From the IMG/VR virus record IMGVR_UViG_3300029922_000004: a stretch of 64,000 nucleotides of DNA; one strand, 5' to 3'. Origin of the DNA: a virus. The position numbers and the translations under genes are program-made. Below the pieces are notes generated by a model. It searched no databases and was not told where the DNA came from. It saw nothing but the letters and a program-made list of their open reading frames with translations. Shown in pieces: positions 45,822 to 56,736 of this stretch; position 1 is the first letter of the stretch, and each line of letters starts with the position of its first letter.

Positions 45822-46474
45822 TGCTTAAAACCCTAAAATTTAACCACGACAGTAATCAGAAAGTTTATTTTTCCTCTGATTATCACGCCAATCATTTGCA
45901 GCCGTTTGTTTGGCAGACTCGCGGCTATAACTCGCCGGAAGAACACACCAACGCCCTCATTGAGATTACAAATAACATCGTCAAAGAGAACGACATTTTC
46001 TTCCACCTTGGAGACCTTACCCTAAATACAAGCGAAGAACAGTTTGAAGATTTCATCAACAAAATTAACTGTAAGAACCTGTATAGCGTCTGGGGCAATC
46101 ACCCGAATCCGTCCGCGAAAATCTACAAGCGCGAAGTGGAATTGCAATTCAAACTAGACTCCACAAAATATGAAATTTATCCATTGAGATACAAGAATGT
46201 CATTTTCTTGCCTAACTATGCTGAATTGAGTATTAATGGTTTTTCTGTAATAATTTCCCATTACCCATTGCGGATTTGGAATTTCATGGCGCAGACTAAC
46301 TGTTTCTGCCTCAGCGGTCATAGTCATGGTAAAGACAAGGAAAGGCTAATTAGCAGCAATTCTGGACGCTGTTTGGATGTTGGATTTGATGTATTTAAAA
46401 AGCCCCTGTCTTTTGATGAATTAAAAGACATTATGGCCGCGAAATCCATCGTGAAACTGGACAATACACACTAA
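45821..46474 (+). CDS. Calcineurin-like metallophosphoesterase
   Basis: FSSDYHANH, HLGDL, WGNH, SHYP, GHSH, LDVG. Confidence 0.88.
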   Translation: MLKTLKFNHDSNQKVYFSSDYHANHLQPFVWQTRGYNSPEEHTNALIEITNNIVKENDIFFHLGDLTLNTSEEQFEDFINKINCKNLYSVWGNHPNPSAKIYKREVELQFKLDSTKYEIYPLRYKNVIFLPNYAELSINGFSVIISHYPLRIWNFMAQTNCFCLSGHSHGKDKERLISSNSGRCLDVGFDVFKKPLSFDELKDIMAAKSIVKLDNTH

Positions 46475-46517
46475 TTTAGGACTTGACAAACACCGAAAAC
46501 TCTGTTATCTTTAATGT

Positions 46518-47041
46518 ATGTCATACAATTATTTCGTCAGTTATAAATTTGCGTCTGGACACGGTAGAACCTCTATTTTGCGTGAAAAGCCAATTTCTAG
46601 CATCACAGATATTGTCGAAATCGAAGATTCTATCAAAGCCTCCAGAATTAAGGATGGCTCTTATTCGGTTGAAGATGGGCAAATAATCATCATTTCTTGG
46701 AAACAGTTTGACAAAGCCGAGTAAATAATATGTCCAAAAATAAAACATCACCCAAGACTATTTCAGAATACCACGCCAAACCCGCGCCGAAGAAAGAGAC
46801 TTTCGCGGACAAGGTGAGGTATGCCATCGCCAATTACGCCGAATTACAGAAGACGATAAGAGAATTTAAACAATTAAAATATATCGCCAAAAATAGTTAT
46901 CCCACGAAACGCCTACGCTACAATAGTAGAGGACTTCTTTTTGACCTAGTGCTTGAACAAAGGACATCGCCCGAAAATTGGGTCATAGTTCACACTTTAC
47001 AGCGTCATGGCAGAAATACAATAGGAGATTGGATTAAGTAA
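46518..47041 (+). CDS. Two small hypothetical ORFs (46518-46724; 46730-47041)
   Basis: ORF track; first under a leaderless-type promoter at 46483. Confidence 0.55.
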
Positions 47042-47081
47042 TCCCGCCAAATAAATAATTTAAAATAATAACAAAAAAACT

Positions 47082-47633
47082 ATGAAAATTTTTATCAAGA
47101 AGGTCGCCGGAATTGAAATACCAAAACAAGGAACGCCCGATTCGGTCGGGTTTGACCTCGTAGCCAATCAAGAGCCAATAATTGAAGGGGAGTTCGTAGA
47201 TTTCCCAATGGACAACCTGAAACTTTACAAAAGCATTTCTTACATACAATACCACACTGGAGTTTTTATCAGCCCGCAAGAAGAAAAGAAGGGTAAGTCA
47301 ACAAACCAATATTTTAGCATCATTACCCCGCGTAGTTCTATCTCCAAGAAGAATCTAATGTTAAAAAACGGAATCGGAACCCTCGACCGAGACTACACGG
47401 GTGAAATTATCGTTAGGATGCAATATGTCGCTCAACCCGAAGATTTATTTCAAATTCCCGAAGGCGGCTGGACGCGAACCTACATTAGAATCAATTGGGA
47501 TAAAATTTATATCAAGGGAAATTCCATCGCCCAATTAATCATTCTCCCACAAATTCCCGTCGAATGGGAGTTGGTAGATAAACTTCCTGAAACAAAACGT
47601 TCATCTGGTGGATTCGGAAGCACAGATAAGTAA
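47082..47633 (+). CDS. dut: Trimeric dUTPase
   Basis: GFDL, PRSSISK, GTLDRDYTGEI, IAQLII, RSSGGFGSTD. Confidence 0.92.
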   Translation: MKIFIKKVAGIEIPKQGTPDSVGFDLVANQEPIIEGEFVDFPMDNLKLYKSISYIQYHTGVFISPQEEKKGKSTNQYFSIITPRSSISKKNLMLKNGIGTLDRDYTGEIIVRMQYVAQPEDLFQIPEGGWTRTYIRINWDKIYIKGNSIAQLIILPQIPVEWELVDKLPETKRSSGGFGSTDK

Positions 47634-48497
47634 TTTATCACTCTTTTCTGAATTACCAACAGAAATCATATCACCATGCTCTCTTGCTATTCTGGTGGTT
47701 TTCCACAAGGGTTGTTGATTGGTATAATGACAAGCCTTTAATAGTTCGTCTCGATTAGATAAATTAAAATGAGAAAGAGAAATAATATGGTCGATTTCCC
47801 AAATTTTTCCCCAATTATCCCAACTCATCGGCGATTTAAAACGGTCTTCGATATACTGTAAGAAAAACTCTATTGAGCATCCCAAATCCCTTACCGCTGA
47901 ACCGCCTTTAAATTTTCCTTTAATAGCAAGATATAATCTATGCCTTAGTATTCCTTTCATTCTGTAATTCAAATCTTTTTTCCGCCTTTGGACATTATAT
48001 TTGTTTATTTTTAGTCTATTATTTTGTTTATATTTTTTTCTTTTCGCATAGTGTTTTGTTTTATTTTTATGGTAACTTTTGTAACTAATCTCTTTGTAGC
48101 GTTCTGGATTATTTTTAGCCCACGCCCTTGAATGTTGATGCGAAGCCTCTTTATGATTTTGATAATATATTTTAGCGCGTGCAGCGCGTTTTTCTTTATT
48201 ATTAATATAATCTATAGCATGTCTCGCCTTTTCGCACGGCTTGCAACGACAAGCTCTAGCTCCAGTTTTTTTATTACATATTAAAAATTCTTCTACTTTT
48301 TGTAGTTTTTGACATGCCCTACATACTTTAAAATTAGGGTCAACGTAAGGGATAAAACGCTTTAGTTTTAGATGTAGAGCCTTTGCTTGGATAGAACTCT
48401 TGGAACGGTTCAAATCAGAGGCGCATTTCTCATCTCCGCCAATTGTATAATGCTGTTTTAAATATTCAACTTCTTCTTTAGTCCAATGTCTTTTCAT
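47601..48497 (-). CDS. HNH homing endonuclease with N-terminal 'WT.EE..YL' repeat
   Basis: CRAC/CKPC; WEIDHIISLSHF...HYTNQQPLW; convergent 33-nt overlap with dut. Confidence 0.85.
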   Translation of the reverse strand: MKRHWTKEEVEYLKQHYTIGGDEKCASDLNRSKSSIQAKALHLKLKRFIPYVDPNFKVCRACQKLQKVEEFLICNKKTGARACRCKPCEKARHAIDYINNKEKRAARAKIYYQNHKEASHQHSRAWAKNNPERYKEISYKSYHKNKTKHYAKRKKYKQNNRLKINKYNVQRRKKDLNYRMKGILRHRLYLAIKGKFKGGSAVRDLGCSIEFFLQYIEDRFKSPMSWDNWGKIWEIDHIISLSHFNLSNRDELLKACHYTNQQPLWKTTRIAREHGDMISVGNSEKSDKLLICASESTR

Positions 48498-48692
48498 AAT
48501 TTTAAATAAAAATCCGTTCTATGGTGAATCCAATCTGTGAACAGAATAGACGCTTCTTAGGCGCACATAAAACGGACAAGATATTATACTGACCACACAT
48601 CGGATTCACATTATATTACACATAATTTCCAATTTTATACGAAAAATCTTGACATTTAATGAAAAATAAGTTAATATATCCAAGTATAATCT

Positions 48693-50772
48693 ATGAACCT
48701 CACAAAAATATCAAGTAATATTGAAAAACTCGTCGAAAAAGCCGAATCCCTCAACCTCAAAACCACCGACTCCGTGCGGGAGAATGATTTTCACAGCCTA
48801 AAGAACGACGTAATTGGAATGTTGGAGGAGATGCTTGAAATCGTCCACGCCGAAATTGAGGACGAGGAAGATAGTGAAGAAATTTCTTGACGCCTATCGA
48901 AATAAGACTTATAATTATTCTATGATTAAAAACACCGCCTATCAAAACGCTCAAACCATTCGCCGCATAATTGTCAATCGCACCGCCGAAATAATGAATT
49001 ACTCTTGGGATGATGGTTTTAATACCAAACGGATTAAAAGTATCTACGAAGATTGCAAAGAAAAAATCCCGACCATCAATGTCGCCGAATTAACTGCGGA
49101 ACAAATGGATGAATTAGGTTTTAGCAAGTGGAATGAAGGTAGTCAAATGCGTCTCATCCCTTTGTGGTTGTATAAATGGTTGCCGGAAGTAATTGAAACC
49201 GAATGTATTAACGGAACGAAATCAATTCTAAAAAAATCCGAAATTGACACCGATAACCGTGGTGGATGTTTGGCCTATGGAATCTATCCCGCGAAATCCT
49301 AAACTATTCCTTGACACGCCGTAAAATAACTGCTAATATTTAATTATGAATAAAACACAAAAAAATCAAACCGCCGAAACAATCGAAATCATCCGCAACG
49401 CCCTCGACATTCTCGAAACGCTCGCGGGAAGCATCAAGTCCAAAACCAAACTCGCCGATGTTCGTTATGAACTTAATTCCGCCGCGATTAGCATTGACGA
49501 AGTGGAAAATATCTTAGGCTAATGGAAACGCAAGGTTTAATAGGGCGGGTCGGTCACGGACACTATCCTGTTTCCCGCGATTGGAAGCATGTAGATTGTC
49601 AGGCGGTTGGATGCAAGTATAACTCCCTTAAAAGCTGCTCTGTTCCTAGCCGGTGCGAAATAAACGAAACCGGCGGGTGCAAGGGATTTGAAGCGAGACC
49701 TCTTCCCGCAAAAATAGACGGAGATTAATATGAACGAGATGCCTCAAAATGAATGGGCGACTGACGAAGGTTATCCTTATACGTTTGCCACTTACGGCTT
49801 GACCGCGTTAGAGTCTTCTTTCCCCGCGATTCCTCAAGAGCAAAGGTGCATTGTAGTTGGGCGGCTCGTTACCAGTTTCTATCATAACAATAATGGAATA
49901 TTTTCACGCCGCGAATTTAAGTTTCTTCACCGCAAATGTCAAAATGAAAATTTCTTAAAAGAGGACGCTGATATGATTGGCGCGGACGAAGCTTGGCGGC
50001 GGATTATAAATATTGATGAATGTAAGGATGGAATCTATCAAGTAGTAACTTGTAACGAATCCCGCGATTGGGAAACTGGTGACATTGATGATTACGATTT
50101 CAAACTAATCCCTTATGAAGACAAAAAAGGTTAGCAGACATTATTGCGATTACTGCAATAAAGGGATGTTTAAGAAACCGAGCATGATTAGGCATGAGGG
50201 GGTTTGCTTTTACAACCCACATAGAGGATGCCCTGTATGCGGTGAAAATAACACGGACGTTTTAGAAAACGCCAAATTCCTAGTTGCAAATAATTTCGAG
50301 GCTTTGTCTCAAAAAGTTAGTGGTTGTCCGGCGTGTATTGTCTCCGCGACTATTCGCTTGAACGAAGAAAAGTTGGATTCTGAATATTGGCATTTCGACT
50401 ATAAAGAAGCTAAGGAAAATTGGGAACAAGAAAAGCGCGATTTAGAGCGGCAGGAGCAAGAGTTTTCGACTTATTGATATGGAAATATCAGATTTTACCT
50501 TCACCAATTCTTCAAAAGTAAAAGGTTTTTTTGAAACCATTATGACCGCCAAAAACGGCGTTCGTATGGGAGTGATTTATCAAGCGGGTCGTCAAGCACC
50601 CGACAATGCAATCTTTCAGGAGTTTTTAAATAATAAAAACAATTTCTTTATAGAGGTTGATTCAGAAATCGTTGTTGACAAACCCGTTGTAGAAGTTCTT
50701 CCAGAGAAACCCGCCGAAATTCCCGAAAAAGTCTTGACGCCGCCAGAAGAAGCTGTTAAAGTGGGAGTATGA
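48693..50772 (+). CDS. Array of short hypothetical ORFs (48693-48890, 48922-49302, about 49347-49522, 49522-49728, 49730-50134, 50115-50477, 50479-50772)
   Basis: Co-oriented, with promoters at about 48650, 48887 and 49311; two are Cys-rich. Confidence 0.6.
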
Positions 50773-50986
50773 GCGAAGAACAAGAATTAATTTTGGACGG
50801 CGTTTGGGACAATCTCCATCGGCTGCTTGGTGGGTGTAAAGCCTCCGAACTCAACTCAAACAAGGTTCGCACAGACACCGTGGACTATCTTATGCAGGGA
50901 ATTACAGACCCGAAGGAAATTGCGGAGTATATTTTAATGATAAATTAACCCTTGACTTACCGCGAGAAATACGATAATATTAAAAT

Positions 50987-52147
50987 ATGAATAAAACCTT
51001 CCCAACCATCTATAAAAGGACTTCTAAAGGCCAAATCCAACAGTGGGCGATTATTGTCATCAAGGACGAATATCACACAGAAGAGGGGATTGTTGACGGA
51101 AAAATTAGCGTAAATAAACCCACTAAGTGTCTTCCCAAAAATATTGGCAAGTCCAACGAAACAACTGGTAATGCACAGGCTCTTTTGGAGGCTGAATCCA
51201 AGTGGGACAAAAAACTCAAATCGGGGTATGCAAAAAGTATTTCGGAGATTGACAGCGTGACTTTTCAAAAAGCCATGAAGGGAGATAAATGGATTGAGCG
51301 AGCCGAAGAGGTAGTCTTTCCTGTTATTGTTCAGGATAAACTTAATGGTGTAAGAGCGCAAAATGACAAGGACGCCACAAAATCAACTGGCGGGGAAATA
51401 TTTCATACTATTCCCCATATCCGTAAAGCCCTTGAGCCAATTTTCAAAAAATATCCAAATATCTTTCTTGATTCGGAAGCATACAATGAATCATTAAGGA
51501 AAAATCTTAACCGCCTTATCCATTTAGTTAGTGTAGTATATCAACCTAAAGACCTTACTCCCGAATTACTCGCCGAATCAGAAAAAACAGTTCAATTGCA
51601 TTTATTTGATGCGTTTGGATTTGAGGGGATTACCAAAGAAACTCCTTATATCCAGCGTCATGCCGCGCTTAAAAAACTACTTGAAGAATTTAAACCTAAA
51701 TATTGTTATTTGGTTGAATATGAAGTGGTTCCCAATATAAAGGTTTTATTGGAAAAACTTGAATTAACCCGCATAAATGGCCGCGAAGGACAAATGGTAA
51801 GGTGGGGAGACTGCCCCTATAAAAACGGGCGTAGTAAATACATGGTCAAGATGAAAAATTTTGAGGACGAGGAATTTGAAATTTTGGATATGGAAGAAGG
51901 GAATGGGAATTGGGCGGGCTGTGTGAAAACTGTAATCTGCAAACTAAACAAAATCAGTCCGCGCGGAGATACAACTTTTCGTTCAAATATCGAAGGTGAC
52001 GAGGCTTGGCTTCGAGAACTTTTAATAAATAAAAATAAATATATCGGCGAGCCAGCGACGATAGAATTTCAGGGTTACAGCGAATATCTTATCCCGCAAA
52101 TTCCTTACGTCCGAGTCATACGCAACTACGAAAGCACTAAGAAATAA
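50987..52147 (+). CDS. ATP-dependent DNA ligase
   Basis: QDKLNGVRA (motif I), LDSEAY, LFD, EGQMVR, MVKMK, OB-fold C-terminus. Confidence 0.9.
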   Translation: MNKTFPTIYKRTSKGQIQQWAIIVIKDEYHTEEGIVDGKISVNKPTKCLPKNIGKSNETTGNAQALLEAESKWDKKLKSGYAKSISEIDSVTFQKAMKGDKWIERAEEVVFPVIVQDKLNGVRAQNDKDATKSTGGEIFHTIPHIRKALEPIFKKYPNIFLDSEAYNESLRKNLNRLIHLVSVVYQPKDLTPELLAESEKTVQLHLFDAFGFEGITKETPYIQRHAALKKLLEEFKPKYCYLVEYEVVPNIKVLLEKLELTRINGREGQMVRWGDCPYKNGRSKYMVKMKNFEDEEFEILDMEEGNGNWAGCVKTVICKLNKISPRGDTTFRSNIEGDEAWLRELLINKNKYIGEPATIEFQGYSEYLIPQIPYVRVIRNYESTKK

Positions 52148-52360
52148 TTATGCGCGTCTATCTCAAGAAAAATCTCACCGCCGACAAGGTTAAATTATCG
52201 AAGGGCGACGTAGGGACAATCTGGTGCTGCCTGCTTCACGGAGACTCATTTTTGGTTGACTTCAAAGACATTCGGGTAGAAGTTGGCCGGACTGACGTGG
52301 GCTTTGAAAAATTGGAAGAAAAATCTTGACAACCCGCGAAATAAGAGCTAATATTAAAAT

Positions 52361-52954
52361 ATGACTGATACCCAACTCATTATTGAGCTTACGAAAGAAA
52401 ATCGCAAATTTCGAGACGCTCTCAAATTTATTGCGAATTGGAAACTTCCGCAATCAACCTATCAAGATTGGACTCTCGTAAATGCTGGTAGGGCGAAAGA
52501 GCCAACCCAAGTTACTTGCACTTATGAAGTGGCGCATGGTTCAAACGGTGTGCGGGATTATATCAAGGCGAGCCGCGAAATAAAATTTAAGGTTTGGCAA
52601 GGTAAGAGAAAGTCATTCTTTTTTCTACGATTACTAGAGTGGCTTCTTTATCGCCCCGAAAATTCATTGGGAGAATTGCCGGAAATTTCAGGGGATAGCG
52701 ATATTCAACAATCTACTGGTCTTAAAGATTCTAATGGTAAGGAAATCTATGAAGGCGATATTCTAACCTATGACCGCAAAAGGAACGATAGGGATTGGAA
52801 CTGGGATGGCTGTTACTACTTTATAGTAAAATTGGAAAATGGAATGTTTGTAGTAGATACAATCGAAAGGCCGCTATATGAGGTTATCAATCACGAAGAT
52901 ATTTTCTTCAAAGTCGCCGGAAATATCTTTGAAAACCCCGAATTATTAAAATGA
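52361..52954 (+). CDS. Fusion of an unknown N-terminal domain with a YopX domain
   Basis: ...RDYIK-ASREIKFKVW...QQSTGLKDSNGKEIYEGDI...AGNIFENPELL. Confidence 0.75.
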   Translation: MTDTQLIIELTKENRKFRDALKFIANWKLPQSTYQDWTLVNAGRAKEPTQVTCTYEVAHGSNGVRDYIKASREIKFKVWQGKRKSFFFLRLLEWLLYRPENSLGELPEISGDSDIQQSTGLKDSNGKEIYEGDILTYDRKRNDRDWNWDGCYYFIVKLENGMFVVDTIERPLYEVINHEDIFFKVAGNIFENPELLK

Positions 52955-53977
52955 AAAACTACATTGTAAATATTCAATTCTCACACGAATCATTTGGTGG
53001 CTACGACCACATTGACGGAGTATCTGGTTATACAGTTTGGTCACGAAACGAAGAGTCAGCGAAAAAGAAGGCCATGAAGATTGCTAAAAGCGAGGGCGGC
53101 GGGTATCATCGAGAAGTTAAATCGGTTTTTGAACATCCCGCGCCGGAATTAAGAATTACCGCACCCTAATAATTTATGAAACTCAAATCCTACATAGCTG
53201 AATTACAAGTGTTTGCTGACAAATATCCCGACTTAGAAGTGGTATATTTTTCCCACGACGAAATGAATCCTTTTTGTGAGGTAAGAGAAGAGCCTACGAT
53301 TGGGAATTATCTCATGGGGAGTTTCGATGAAGATTGCGAGAAGGTAAATGCGGTTTGTTTGAACTAAATATGAAAACCAAAAATCTATGGGCGGAATTTT
53401 GTATAGTAGCGTACAAAACGAACTATCCTCTTCGATTATTGAAAGAAGATAAACGTGCTGCCACCGCTTTAGAAAAACGCGGACTGATTGAAATTATCCA
53501 ACAGCCGGACAAAGAGGGGACTTTTCTTGCTAAACTCACCGTCAAAGGATTAGAGAAAGCTCAATTGCCGTTTTGATTTTAAATAATTTAAAAATATTAT
53601 GCGTTGGAGACTAATAAAAACCGCCCCAAAAGATGGGACACTTGTTTTGCTCTATGGTAAAGGCGACCACTATTCATACATCAAGACTGGATATTATGAT
53701 GAATCTCTGCGCCCTTACGGTTATTCACAGTGGCGATGGGGAATCACCTTCAACCCCACTCATTGGATGTCAATGCCGAATCCGCCGGAATAATATGCAC
53801 CTCCAAGTAACCAACGACTACCTTATTATCAAGGCTGAAAGCGTCACGGACGGAGTAAGATTGGGAATAGTCACAAAGACACTGGATTTGAATGGATTTG
53901 ATTATACTTTGATGGGTGAAACGACACTGGAACTGCCCTTAAACAAGAGAGAAAAGAAAAGTTCAAAAAAGAATTAA
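52951..53977 (+). CDS. Short ORFs including a DUF551-like protein (53599-53793)
   Basis: WRLIKTAPKDGT...PTHWMSMPNPP; the others lack motifs. Confidence 0.6.
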
Positions 53978-54052
53978 AATTGTCTTGACTTTGGGTGAAT
54001 TGAATGGTATTATATTTGAGTAGTTAAACAACAAAACAAAAAATTAAAAATT

Positions 54053-55084
54053 ATGAAAAACGCCCCCGCATACATTATTAGCCAAGATTCCATTACGATT
54101 GTGTCGAATGGAAAACCATATACAACCAGTTCGGCCAATGCGAACTTCGCAACCATAAAGCAGCGTATCGCAGATGAACAGTTTGATGGAATTGAAGAAC
54201 TTTTTGACACAGGTGCGGCAGTTGGTGTCTATACGAAGGGTAATATCGTCGTTAAGGACGGCGAAGTGTTGTATAAGGGTGAGCCTGTTCATAATTTGGT
54301 AGTCGAGCGCATTTTAACCTTTATGCGCGAGGGGCTTCCGACTTCCCCCCTGATTAACTTTTTGGAAAAGCTGCTGCAAAATCCATCCCGCCGGTCAGTT
54401 CAAGAACTCTACAAATTTCTTGAAAATAAGGGTCTCCCATTAACGCCCGAAGGTTGCTTCCTAGGTTACAAATCTTTGCGTCCAAATTGGACAGACCATC
54501 ATACCGGCACTATCTTGAATAAGGTGGGGACAGTTGTGGAAATGGTGCGAAATCAGGTGGACGACGACGCGGCTAAAGGATGTAGCTTCGGCTACCATAT
54601 AGCGAACCTAAATTACGCCCAAAATTTTGGGGGTGCAGATAAAATTCTGGTTATTGTTGAAGTCAATCCTGCCGACGTGGTTTCCGTACCACTAGAAAGC
54701 TGCGAGAAATTGAGGACGTGTCGCTACCGAGTGGTTGGGACTTTCGAGCGTGAGTTTAACGAACCTTTGGTGACGCAGTATTCTACACCAGAAGAAATTG
54801 AGGCCTCCGAAGATTTGGAAGAACAGCTCATTGACGATTCTTACCACGCTGGTTATGCCGAGGGCGCGGAGGACGCTTGTTGTGGTTTGAACTACGATGA
54901 AGATTTGGCGTATGATAACGCCGACTTGGACTATGACGCGACCGCGTTCTTGGATGGCTACTACGACGGGTTTGAAGAAAACAAGATTATCAAACCTGTT
55001 GCGAAAATCAAACCTTCTACCCGCGCCAAACTGTCAAAGGCGGCGAAGAAACAAAAGCGTAATTCGTCAGGGCGTTTCGCGTAA
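54053..55084 (+). CDS. rIIB: rIIB-like protein
   Basis: QNPSRRSVQELYKFL...LPLTPEGCFLGYK...D.HTG...VEM.RNQVDDD...GCS.GYH...V.VNPADVVSVP. Confidence 0.88.
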   Translation: MKNAPAYIISQDSITIVSNGKPYTTSSANANFATIKQRIADEQFDGIEELFDTGAAVGVYTKGNIVVKDGEVLYKGEPVHNLVVERILTFMREGLPTSPLINFLEKLLQNPSRRSVQELYKFLENKGLPLTPEGCFLGYKSLRPNWTDHHTGTILNKVGTVVEMVRNQVDDDAAKGCSFGYHIANLNYAQNFGGADKILVIVEVNPADVVSVPLESCEKLRTCRYRVVGTFEREFNEPLVTQYSTPEEIEASEDLEEQLIDDSYHAGYAEGAEDACCGLNYDEDLAYDNADLDYDATAFLDGYYDGFEENKIIKPVAKIKPSTRAKLSKAAKKQKRNSSGRFA

Positions 55085-55098
55085 AATTAGTGGGGAAA

Positions 55099-55136
55099 TC
55101 AAAGCCGCCGATTCTTCAATGGGTCGGCGGTTTTAT
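55099..55136. terminator. Probable bidirectional intrinsic terminator between rIIB and the GIY-YIG gene
   Basis: AAAGCCGCCGA-loop-TCGGCGGTTTT. Confidence 0.65.
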
Positions 55137-55972
55137 CTTATCTTTATCCACCCTTTATGAGTAGAGCATTTACCATTTATTAATCTACACGCAGACATAG
55201 CAGCTATCCCGAATTTCTTACAGAAGTCTTGCTGACAATACCCCTCGTATTCCCCATGAATAGGATGTAATAATGTAAAATATCTTTGACTTCTAGCTGG
55301 AATTATTTTATTTTTATTTTCAGTTAGGATGTATCCTTTTGCAATTCTTGCTTTACCAAGATAAAGGTTAGACAAATATGCCTGTTTAATTTTCAATATT
55401 TTCGATGCCTCTGACTGTGAAGAAAAAATGAAATCTTCTCCAGTTTTTTTATTAGTAATACATATTCTCTTTTTAGTTTTATCTGATGGAATACGAGGCT
55501 TATATTTTATGGTATGTCCTTTCAATTTCCACCCTTTTACAGTCTGGTCATCCCCTCGTTCTAAATGATACGCAGCACTAACCGAACAACCAATAAGTTT
55601 AGCAAAATTTTTAGCTGTTATATTATTTATAATTTCACCAGTTTTTATATTCTCGAAACAGAATGTTTTAGAAGAATATTCTCTTAAATTTCCTCCTTCT
55701 GTCTGGTTGAATCCCTCACCAAACGAATGAAATTTATCAATCCAATAAACTTCTCTTTTGGATAGATTTTTTTCGGGACAAAATTCAATCACATCAAACA
55801 TTAAATCTTCTTCTCCATATTTATTGAAATGAGCCTGTAAATGATTATTAAAGTGTCTCTGCCCTCTTAATTGTTCTAAATGCTTCCTTCTCCTGTAATA
55901 GACATCATTAGAGAAACCAATATACATTTTTCCATTGAAATTGCTTTTAAAACTGTAAATACCACTTTTCAT
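55133..55972 (-). CDS. GIY-YIG homing endonuclease with C-terminal DNA-binding repeats
   Basis: KSGIYSF...GKMYIGFS...RRRKHL...REVYWI...GFN. Confidence 0.88.
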   Translation of the reverse strand: MKSGIYSFKSNFNGKMYIGFSNDVYYRRRKHLEQLRGQRHFNNHLQAHFNKYGEEDLMFDVIEFCPEKNLSKREVYWIDKFHSFGEGFNQTEGGNLREYSSKTFCFENIKTGEIINNITAKNFAKLIGCSVSAAYHLERGDDQTVKGWKLKGHTIKYKPRIPSDKTKKRICITNKKTGEDFIFSSQSEASKILKIKQAYLSNLYLGKARIAKGYILTENKNKIIPARSQRYFTLLHPIHGEYEGYCQQDFCKKFGIAAMSACRLINGKCSTHKGWIKIR

Positions 55973-56282
55973 ACTATATTATACACTTACATATACCTTT
56001 TAACTGTAAAAAAGTAGAAAATCTTTCTTTTTATTATTTTATTTATAATTTCCTCTTGACATACTTTGAAAAGTGGTCTATAATTTATTATGAAAAAATT
56101 TATGAAACCCAAATACTTAGTCACCTACCAATACTATTCCGAGTATAACCAATTCGAGGGTAGTTGGGATTGGTGTGTGGATTCCTATAATGACATTAAG
56201 AAGGCTGAGCGTGGATAAAAGGGAGTAAGGGAAACAGTGACATTACTAATATACATTTGAGTAGTGTATGAGTTAATTTATT

Positions 56283-56543
56283 ATGAACAAACTAAAATCA
56301 ATGCCCGTAGAGTATATTGAAAAGGGGACATTTCAAGGCGGCGACGAGGATGCCTTTAGCTGCGGCTTTAAGTCGTGGCAAGAGTGTATTGTGATTAACT
56401 CCGCGCATTTTAACGCGATGAAAAACGCCCTTGAAAAATTCGCCTCGTTTGAGGAAGAGCCTATATGGTCAGATGATAGAGACGATGCCGCCGATTCTAT
56501 GGTGTCAATTGCTCAAAATGCGCTTGAGGGAAAATACGAATAG
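56283..56543 (+). CDS. Small hypothetical protein
   Basis: ORF track. Confidence 0.5.
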   Translation: MNKLKSMPVEYIEKGTFQGGDEDAFSCGFKSWQECIVINSAHFNAMKNALEKFASFEEEPIWSDDRDDAADSMVSIAQNALEGKYE

Positions 56544-56580
56544 TCCTTGACAAAGTTTGAAGAGTTTGATAGTATAGATT

Positions 56581-56714
56581 TGTTGGTGGCGCATTGAGGG
56601 GTTTCGAGATACGTTTGGATGTTGTCTATGTATTCAGCAGATGGCAACTTTATCGCTTCGTGAATCGTTAGCGACCACGTTCAGCACGAGATAACAACCT
56701 GAACGCCACCAATA
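56581..56714 (+). ncRNA. Candidate ~134-nt structured RNA (leader or sRNA) A
   Basis: Starts 5 nt after a TTGACA-17-TAGTAT promoter; 11-bp closing stem TGTTGGTGGCG/CGCCACCAATA. Confidence 0.4.
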
Positions 56715-56736
56715 TTATTTATTAATATAAAATATC

